Assembly (NCBI GenBank): GCA_964016885.1
Contig: OZ024742.1
Span: 92,628,001 to 92,692,000, forward strand
Reading direction: 5' to 3'
DNA length: 64,000 bases
From: Eledone cirrhosa
Taxonomy: Eukaryota
Part shown: piece after piece, positions 52,153 to 64,000 of the stretch
Numbering within the stretch: position 1 is the stretch's first letter
How the letters are laid out: each line of letters starts with the position of its first letter
Translations under genes and position numbers: made by a program
Notes under the pieces: generated by a model
What the model was told of the DNA's origin: nothing
Seen by the model: the letters and a program-made list of their open reading frames with translations, nothing else
Database searches by the model: none

Positions 52153-55100
52153 TATATATATCATAATCATCATCATCATCGATAAACGTCCATTTTTACA
52201 TCCTAGCATGGGTTGTGAGATAAACCAGATCAGATGACCATGGCTTGCTTATACAGAATTAATTTTGGTTTGATGCCCTTCCTAATGCCAAACACATTTA
52301 TAGTGTGTACAGGGTGCTTTTTGTCGTGACACCTAGACGTCCACTTTACAGTTTGGACTGGGCACATTTTGCCGTTTCATATCTCTTGCATACATTCCAG
52401 TTTTGACCTGGGTTCTACAACTGGATGTCCTTCCCAATGCCAATCACACACACACATATATATATACACATATATACACATACACACACATATATACACA
52501 TACACACACACATATATACATACAGAGAGAGAGAAAGAGAGAGTTTGAAGTGCTGAAACCAGGGAGATCACAAATTATGGGAGTACTCAATGCAAGGGAA
52601 AATGCAGCATGGGTTTAGATGAAGGTATAAACATGACTGTGACGCCAAGCAGTTTCGGCTTGTGTTCAATAAGTTGTTTTTTTCTGTAATTTTCTTCTTT
52701 GACCCAAAAATAGATTTTTTTTTATTGCTTATTCAGAAGGATGGAAGAAGGGTCATGACTATGACCTTCTTCAAGGCCTCCACAGCTGGAGGGAGGGAGG
52801 TATCCTCAAACTGGAAATCTCATCTGAACGCATGCAAAAGTGGACTACTAAAAGTACAGAAGAGCCAGGTGATTTTAAACTAGGTAATCATTTAAGACTA
52901 CCACCCTAGTAGGCCACAACAAGATTTAAACTCAAAATGCAAAGAGCTAGAACAAATACTGCAAGGCATCCTATCCATTACTAATAATTCCATCAGTCCA
53001 CTGCCCTAGACTAGTACTTTATTGACCTCAGAAGGATGAAAGTCAAAGTTGACTAGTGGTGTCTGAATTCAGAGCACAAATAGCTGGTGTAAATATCACA
53101 TGGCATTTTCTGTCAATCCACTGTTGATTAACTGAAGCAGTCTCATCACTGAAAAGGGGATATTTGCTGTGACTCCTAGCATCACTTTTCAATGGTGCAC
53201 CATCAGATTTAGAAAAAATTACGATGATATGCTTATTTTGAAACTCCACCTAAAATGATTGCAAATTAGAGTGGCTACCCACAACATTCGAAAGAGCACC
53301 CTCCACCAGCACCAAAGACTGGCAACAGGCCTGGATTGAAGTCCTGCTAATTCCACATATTTAAAGAAAAGTTTTTAAATAACTGCTAACATTCTAGTCT
53401 TGTATATCAAATAATTTGAACCACTTGAGGGAGGGCAGGGCTATTTGGAGTGACCATATTTGATAACCTACACATGCACACATCAACTCAAGGAACACTT
53501 GAAAATATAGGCTGGTCATTTATTATCAAGTGGTTCTCTCAACATTTTTCATTAAATATACCCACAAATACTCATTCTTATATAAGTTATCAAGGGAGTT
53601 AAATCAACAGAGAGAAAGAGACAGAAGAATCAACCTAAGTACTGGACTGGTTCTTTATTAATCATCCCTGAGAGGATAAGAGGCATGGCAAGATTAGAAC
53701 TCAAGTACAGAGAACTAGAATGAATATTGCAAAGCATTCCATCCAATGTCCTAACGATTCTGCCCTAAAATTAACAAAATGACACACAAAAATGGAATTT
53801 CTGAAATCAGCAACAAAACCACAATATTTACAGGACGGAAAAGCAAAAATAGAGAAAAAATGCATGAAATAAGAAAAAAAAGTAAAATCTACAGAAACTA
53901 AAGGAAAGACCATCCTTACTCAAGCCAGTAGCAGAGTGAGTGATCTAATTACTGCACATAGAGGAGTGGGGATTGATACAACTAAAGCTGGTTTGATAAA
54001 GTGCCTTCTTGAATGACAGAGACATGGGTAGATAAGTACAGGGGACAACAGACTTTGTTACATGCTCTCAATGCCTGAATATTCCATGATGTTTGGTTCT
54101 ATTGACTGATGTGATGCTATCAGAGAAGATACTGAAATAGTTTTGATCTCCAATAAATAGCTGATAAAGGGAAGATTCCACATTTTAAGCATCATTAACC
54201 CTAGTGATATCAAACTACCTGAAACTGCTCTGGTTTTACAATACAAAATCACTAATCTTAAAATATTCATACTTATATTAAAACTTCCCATCATAATTTT
54301 TTTTTTTTTTTAAGTTGCTAAGTCATGTTCTAAACATCAGCTTACTCATGCAAAAAGTTATTTTATTAAATTCCTGCAATTTTTTTTACTATTTACAAAA
54401 TTAGTTGAAACATATAAGCAGTATCTTTATTAAGAAATATGATAGCAAAAGGGTTAACTCTTTCATAAAATTATGATGGAATGTTCTCAGATAAATGTAA
54501 ACACTTTAAAATAAACAGCTTAATATCATTGTAAGAGGGGTGATTTCAGGCAGTTTGGTATCAAAAGAGTTAACCTTATAGGATTGAAAAGAAATTAAGA
54601 ATAAAATCAGAATGACATCAGCTAATCTGAGAAAGGAGCCCTACAAGGAAGGGTAGCTGTGTGTCACTAGCCATCATTCACAGCAATACTTTTGTCATTT
54701 TGTCTGTGGGATACAGCTGAAACACCACTCTGACTTAGGTATAGAGTCTGTCACCCTCTCCCCCTTCCCCCTTTCTTTCATTGCTCTTTCCTTCCTTTTC
54801 CTCTCATTTATAGTCTTTTGCAATGCTACTTTCTTTCTCTTTGATTGATTTCTATTGATTTCTTTCTTCTAAATATTTCATCAATTGTGTTTATATTACC
54901 TTATTGATTACAAAGAAACACAGTGGTAGCATTAATGCAAATGTACAGAATTTTGGATATTTATTGTGACTATTTAAACTTACATGAATTGCTAGTGTAT
55001 TAGGCAATAAAGTTTAATATCATTAATAAACAGCTAACAGTTTATAACTTAAAGTCGATTTAATTATCTTTCCATGAAAGAAAACTTAGTTCATAAATAG

Positions 55101-55300
55101 AGTATGTATATATACTTTATTGAGCGAATTGACGATACAATTGCTCAGTGACTGACCAGTTTCATCTCAGTTATGATTCTCAACTTAGAGGACATTGTCT
55201 ATAAGCCAATTTGGTGAAAGCAATCGACATGTTTCAACCTTATTAGATTTCCTCAATGAAACAGTCATTTTGAAACTTAGCCTGAAATAAGGGAAAGAAA

Positions 55301-55645
55301 TAATTGTTTCTACATTTGGCACAAGGCAGCAATTACCCAGTGCATTACTGGTACTTTATTTTATCGACCCCGTAAGGATGAAAGGTAAAGTTAACCTCAA
55401 CGGGATTTGAACTCAGACCGTAAAGGGACATAACTATGCTGGAAAGCATGGCGTCCGACCCTCTACCGATACTGCCAATAATTGTTTCTACTATTGGCAC
55501 AAGGCCAGAAATTACCCAGTACATTACTGGTACTTTATTTTATCGACCCCGTAAGGATGAAAGGCAAAGTTAACCTCGGCGGGATTTGAACTCAGAATGG
55601 CAAGGGCCGTAACTCTATGCGTCCGACCCTCTACCGATACTGCCA
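55301..55645 (-). mobile_element. Two tandem SINE family A copies
   Basis: Units at about 55301-55477 and 55479-55645. Confidence 0.85.
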
Positions 55646-55859
55646 ATAATGTGCTGATTTTGTATGTCAATACACAGATATACACACAGACACACACATG
55701 CGCACATAGAGATAATCTGTCAGAAAAACAGAATGTTTTAAAAGCAGGAAATTAATAAAACCAAATGACCAATCCTCCAAACAAACAAAACCCCAAAATA
55801 AAAAAGGACAGAAAATAAAATAAGAAAAACAAAGTATAGGATGAATAATTCTGTAATGA

Positions 55860-56220
55860 AGTATCATTACTATATAATTGTATAGTGAGAGTATATTGAA
55901 GTCCTTTATATAATACTATGAGTATACAGTGAGTATATTGAAGTCCTTTACTATATAATACTATAAGTATATAGTGAGAGTATATTGAAGTCCTTTACTA
56001 TATAATACTATGAGTATACAATGAGTATATTGAAGTCCATTACTATATAATACTATAAGTACATAGTAAGAGTATAATGGAGTGCCTTTACTATATAATA
56101 CTATGAGTATATAGTGAGAGTATAATGAAGTGTCTTTACTATATCAAATTATAATGACAGAGTGAGAGTATAATTAAGTGTATTTATTATATCATGTTAT
56201 AATGAGACTATTGAAGTATG
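55860..56220. repeat. About 42-45-bp AT-rich minisatellite
   Basis: gtatattgaagtcctttactatataatactatgagtatatagtgaga about 8 times. Confidence 0.9.
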
Positions 56221-59220
56221 AGTCATATTAGAAATATAATTGATAAACTGATGAATTGGTTTGATTTAGGTAAAATATAAATTGGTGGAGGAGAGAGAGA
56301 GTAGTTGATGGATAGATGGTAGGTGGATGGTTAGATGCATTGGAGGTAGTTGGGTAGATTGATGGGTGGATGACTGGATAGACAGAGCAATGAATTGATA
56401 GATGGGTGAATGGATAGACAAATGAACAGATAGTTGGATAGATGAACAAACAGATGAACAGATGGATGGATGAACAAACAGATGAACAGATGGATAGACT
56501 ACTAGACACAGACAGAGGCATATGTGAAGTTGTAGAAATTAACTAAAGTAGCAACAAATGTTGGTATATAAGTGATGTGCAGAAGGGGAGATAATACAAC
56601 GGCAGTTACTAGCTACTTACAATCACATTATTGCATAATAAAGGGTGGTAGATTAGCAGTATCAGTAGAGCATCGAACAACATGCTTTGTGGCATATAGT
56701 TACGGCCTTCTATGTTCTGATTTCAAATCTCGCCAATGTTAGCTTTGCCTTTTATCCTTATGGGGTTGATAAATAAAGCACCAGTAAAGCACAGGGGTTG
56801 ATTTAATAGACTTTCCCCTCCCCCAAAATTGTTGGCCTTGTGCCAAAAATCAGAAACCATTATTACATAATACAATGGTTGCTAAATATATCTTCATCAC
56901 ACTCCTTTCTACTGAAATACAGAATAAAAGTATGTGAAGGTGCATGGCTCATAATAAGGTTGCAAGATAAGACTGGGGGCCACTATCATTAAAACCTGTG
57001 ATGCAACATTGTAGAAGACCAGCTAAAGCTGCATGGGTGTGAGCTGTAAATTTCATATTTTTTTCTTCTTATCAAAAGTGTAAACTGCCGTTTTATTTTT
57101 CTTATCTTTATTCTAGTTTTCACTCCTGTAATTCTATCTTGAATTGCACTAGCTTCTACAAAATAATCCTAAGCATCTATTTCATAATGCTTCATATAAA
57201 CTATGCTGCTTTATAAACCCTCTTTAAACCAAACTACCTGATTCTATGATACAAAGCTGTTTATTTTGAAGTTATTTTAACCTTTTAGCATTTAAACTGG
57301 CTGTATCCGGCCAGAATTCTCTCACCTCTTTCGGTTCAAACCAGCTGTAACAAGCCACTCATACTGATCTTAAGATATTGTTCTCAAAATAAATAATATA
57401 AAAATCTCATAGATTCAATATTATGAGAGATAAAGCCTTTACCGCGAAAATACAATATTATATATAGAGTAGTGTAAATGGAAAAGGGTTAATGATATTT
57501 TTGAGTTATACTATACTCTAAAAATTAGATAAATAAGTTATTTTACAAAATCTTTTCAAACTCCTGATTATTTTCAAAATTATTTGAAACTTACATTAGA
57601 AATATGACAACAGATTAAACAGATTTAAATGCCCCCCATAACACACACACAACGTGGCTTTACATGTAGTTTGATTGTCAAGAATAGAATGTGGGTATTG
57701 TCAAGTATAGAATGTGGAAGAAGAAAAAAAACAACAACCCTAAAGCTCAGTCTTTAGTGAAAAGAAAACAACAACAATAATTGTTTCTAACAGTAGCACA
57801 AAATCAGCAAAATTTGGTGGGGAAGGGTTAATGAATTATATCAACCTCAGTACTTGACTGGTTCTGTATTTTATAGACCTCTGGAAGGAGGAAAGGCTAA
57901 TTCAACCCTAGTGGGATTTGAATACTACAAGAACTAGGCCCCATTAGAGAGTTCAGCCAGTCCATTAATATTTCGTATTATTCATTTGACAAAGGAGGAG
58001 GGAATCAATTTAGACAGATGTGAAGACAGAAGAAAGAAAGGAGGGGAAAAGGAAACAGAGAGAAATAAAGATAGAAAACCCACCGAATAGGAGAGAGGGA
58101 GAGTAGATTTGGGGTGTCAACCCTTATCAGAAGAGATTCCTCTAATATGGAGGAAAGAGGGAGGAAGGAGGAAGGGGTAGTGGCTCTCTCTGCTTTAAAA
58201 ATGGTAACAGAAAACATGAGGCAGCTAAGTCGCATACAATGGAGTTACAGTGACATAACCTACTAGACACACACACACACATATACATACATACATACAC
58301 AGACGCATACATGCACACTTATACATATATACACACATATACATACATATACACAGGAATTCACAAAGTGCTACAGTAAGTCACATAGAATGTGGGTTAC
58401 AGTGACATAATCTGCTACACCCACATACAGACTAGCTTACATCTGCACAAACACACACTCGAACTACAGTAAGTCACATAAAATGGGGATGGGGATACAG
58501 TGACATAATCTGCTAATGCACACAGACACAGAGACTATATTACATGTGCACTCTCACATTCACAAAAAGCTTCAAAAGATAGCTAAGCTACATACAAACA
58601 CTCACAAAGCTATATAGATAAAACACATATTCATACATAACAAAAAAAAAACCGTATACACACACACATTAATGACACAGACAGCACACAGCTATATAGA
58701 CACAATACATAAACAATTAGACTGAAAAACATGTAGACACACACACAACCACACACAAACACAAGCATGTATACACACATACACAAACAAAAGGATACAC
58801 ACCGTGACAAGCATACAAACAATAGCACACACATACAGTCGCACAGTTACATAATAACAGATATACAGACAGACATACACACACAGCTACTCAGTGACAG
58901 ACATATAAACACACACACACACACATGTACACAGCAACAGACACGCACATACATGTCTACACAATGACAACCAAACACATGCAACTACACAATAATAGAC
59001 ACATACACACACATATACAGAACAGACACACACATACATACATAGCTACACAATGATAAGCAAACACATACAACTACACAATAACAGACACACACACACA
59101 CAATACAACTAGACAATACAGACACATACACAGCTAAGGCGACAGGCATTCCCACATATATAGTGACAGACATACAAACACAAATGCACATACATAGCTA
59201 CATATATATATACATACATG

Positions 59221-59328
59221 TGTGTCCTTCACCGTGAAATGGGTGTATATATATATATATACACACATTTCACGGTGAAGGACATATATATATATATATA
59301 TACACACACATTTCACGGTGAAGGACAT
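59221..59328. repeat. Palindrome centred on (TA)n plus tandem copy of the right arm
   Basis: tgtccttcaccgtgaaatg pairs with catttcacggtgaaggaca, which occurs twice. Confidence 0.9.
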
Positions 59329-59419
59329 AAATATATACACACACAGCTATACAGTGATAGCAATACAAACACAGACATACACACCTACAGACACATACGC
59401 AGATACACTGTTTAGACAT

Positions 59420-61184
<1,765 letters not shown>

Positions 61185-61396
61185 GATAAATCTACCAAGA
61201 GTTTACGGTAGTGTCCAATCCGTATGAAGAACTCAATGTATTCCGGATATCATGGAAAGAAGAGATGTAATGAAAATCCACTTTTGGTGAAAGATAAACG
61301 GTATACAGAGTCAAGATAAAATATTAAACAAATAATGAACAAACAATTCCTTATATTAAACAAAAAAAGTTCACTATTTAACGATCGTTTCTAGGG

Positions 61397-61455
<59 letters not shown>

Positions 61456-61585
61456 GCTATACAGTGATAGCAATACAAACACATACGCAGATGTTTAGAC
61501 ATACAAACACAGATACACACGCATACACTTCTAGATACAAAACACGCACAGCTAAATACAATGACAAACAAACACAGACATACAC

Positions 61586-61729
61586 AAACACATTTGTCTA
61601 TTTCTAAATAGTTTAACTACACACACACACACACACAAAGCTACACAGTGACACGTGTGTGTGTGTGTGTGTGTGTGTGAGTGCGTGTGTGTGTATAGTT
61701 AAACTATTTAGAAATAGACAAATGTGTTT
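61586..61729. repeat. Perfect 34-bp inverted repeat enclosing (CA)n/(TG)n
   Basis: 61586-61619 is the exact reverse complement of 61696-61729. Confidence 0.95.
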
Positions 61730-61769
61730 ATAAAAAAACATGAGAATAGTCACAAGACATAAACTGATG

Positions 61770-62480
61770 GCTACATAGAGAATTTACACAGATGAACAGC
61801 TACAGAAGGGGCTTACACAGATAGACAGCTGCATAGGGGGAGGTAGAAAGCTACAAACGGGTTTTTACATATAGATAGCCTCAGAGGGAGTTTACACAGA
61901 CAGCTAAACAGGTGTTTTTCATAGATAAGCTGCTACACAGAGAATTTACACAGATGAATAATTACAAAGAGAATTTACAGACTAACAGCTGCAGAGAATT
62001 TACACAGATAAACAACGTACACATAGCTGCTACACAGAGAATTTACAAAGAGAATTTACAGATAAGCAGCTACACAAAGAATTTACACAGACAGCTGCAA
62101 CACAAAGAATTTACACAGACAGCTGCTACACAGAGAATTTACACAGATAGTTGCTACACAAAGAATTTACACAGATAGTTGCTACACAGAGAATTCACAC
62201 AGGTAGTTGCTATACAGAGAATTCACACAGATAGTTGCTATACACAGAATTCACAGATAGCTACTACAATGAGTTTTTACATGAATAAACAGTGACACTG
62301 GAGTTTACAAACATGTATTCAGTGGATTTACACAGGCAGACAGCTACACGGGGGGGGGGGGGGGGGGGTTACACAGACAAACAGCTACACAACAGAGCTG
62401 CATAGGATATTATACAAACAGCTACACAGGGGCTTTACACAAAGTTACAGAGGTTCTTCACAGACAGACAGCTAAACAAA
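61770..62480. repeat. About 25-28-bp minisatellite
   Basis: gctacacagagaatttacacagatag units. Confidence 0.9.
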
Positions 62481-63786
62481 GGTTAAATAAAACCAAATCT
62501 GTGTGTGTAATTATCGGTGTAAATACTCCTATTTACACAGACAGTAACACAAGTTATATAGCAAACGCATACATGGCTGCATGGTTAAGAAGTGTACTTC
62601 ACAATCATGTGGATTCAGGTTTGATTCCATAGTGTGGCAACTTTGGTTAGTGTCTTCTATTATAACCTAAGGCTGATCAATGCTTTGTGAGTGAAATTTG
62701 GTGGACAGAAACGATACAGAAGTTCATACTGTATCATCATCATCATTTTTATGGGATAATGTGTGTGTGTGTGTGTGTACATGTGTGTGACTGCGTGGAC
62801 ATGCCTTTACTTTGACACGGCTTGGTATTTGGTGGCGCTAGTTTATGTCTTCAAACAGAGCAGTCCAATGTGTGAAAGTTAGTGAAATAAAGTACCCTGC
62901 ATAAGGTAAAGACAAGGGTTGGCATGAGGAAGGGTATCCAGCAGTAGAAAACTGACTCAAGAAGTCTTGTTCACCCCATACCTGCATATAAAAAGCAAAA
63001 ACAATGAGATGATGATGTTGACAACATTTTAAGAATGGATCAAAATCCTGCCACCTCTGTTTCACAAACAAGCTCCATATCAACCACCATTGTCAACCAG
63101 TCTTAAACAAAAAAGAATGAATTTCAACTTGCCGACACATGCCTAAATTCTTCCTCAAGAGTTTCAGAAAGGACACACATATCATACTAATGCAAGACCA
63201 ACAATAACAGACAGTTGAGAGAACAACACAGAAATCTATATGTAGAAAGTATTAGAGACAGCTAGATACAAGGTATTACACAGGGTGACTTAAACATTCA
63301 ATAATATACAGAGTACTACAGAGGCATCTAGATTGAGAGAATTACACAGAGAACTACACAGCTACACACAGACAATATTACACATGCAGATACATAATAA
63401 TAATGAAAATTATTGTGTACAGTGTATTGTGTACATGGAGAGTGTTACACAGACAGATAGATATTACAGAGAGATACAATTAATAATATTGTGTATAGAA
63501 GGACGAAAAAATAGGATGCAAAAGTGTCTATTGTTGCAGCTTCTGGTAATGATGATAGTGGTTATGATAACAATAATAGTGATACAGATAGTGGTAGTGA
63601 TGATGGTAGAACAAATGATAATGGTGAGACTGATAATAGTGATGACGATGTTAGTGATAATAATAATAGTGTTGTTGTTACCCCAGTCCAAGTCAATCCT
63701 GATTTAGTAGATTTGTAAATTACCTTATTTCCCAGTCCTCAAGGACGTACCCTAATTTTGACAACCAAAAATTTGAAAAAAAAAAA

Positions 63787-63970
63787 ATTGTTTCTACTTT
63801 AGGCACAAGGCCAGCAATTAAACTGCATTACTGGTACTTTATTTTATCGACCCCGTAAGGATGAAAGGCAAAGTCAACCTCGGCGGGATTTGAACTCAGA
63901 TCGTAAAGGGACGTAACTATGCTGGAAAGCATGGCGTACGACCCTCTACCGATACTGCCAATCCACCGCC
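63787..63970 (-). mobile_element. tRNA-derived SINE family A, young full-length copy
   Basis: Minus strand ggcggtggattggcagtatcgg (A box)...gagttcaaatcc (B box)...gcctttcatccttacggggtcgataaaataaagtaccag...gaaacaat. Near-identical copies at 25627-25810, 44259-44439, 47262-47438 and 55301-55645. Confidence 0.85.
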
Positions 63971-64000
63971 TAATTTGAAAAAAAATTATAAACAACCTTC

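Noticed and set aside
53915-54030. Strong minus-strand donor (ga|gtaagg) as a possible DOCK7 exon 1
   Set aside because: The phase-2 frame has a stop a few codons upstream and no ATG; at most non-coding
61770-62480. 25-28-bp repeats and ORF 61912-62178
   Set aside because: Simple minisatellite with no spacers and no protein homology
63333-63718. Hydrophobic and acidic ORFs
   Set aside because: Products of degenerate (GAT/AAT)n low-complexity sequence

Overview
Eukaryotic, AT-rich, microsatellite-dense DNA. The repeat content suggests a coleoid cephalopod such as octopus (inference). The minus strand carries 25 consecutive GT-AG coding exons (45601 down to 1442; 3178 nt, about 1059 codons, all phases compatible) of a DOCK-C subfamily GEF (DOCK6/7/8 type, closest to DOCK7), covering the N-terminal region, the C2/DHR-1 domain and the start of the armadillo region. 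The canonical first exon was not found and the 3' part lies beyond position 1. Introns hold RTE-clade LINE copies (one with an open RT ORF of about 2 kb containing a C4HC3 PHD-like finger inside the RT), a CR1 fragment, at least three tRNA-SINE families, TA- and TTAA-flanked MITEs, minisatellites derived from retroelement 3' ends, several foldback structures, a 1.75-kb (TA)n/TACA array, and small (TA)n-embedded islands with hammerhead-ribozyme-like motifs (probably Penelope-like remnants). I see no convincing wholly new biological system. The best leads are the PHD-in-RT LINE, the hammerhead islands and the inverted-repeat structures.
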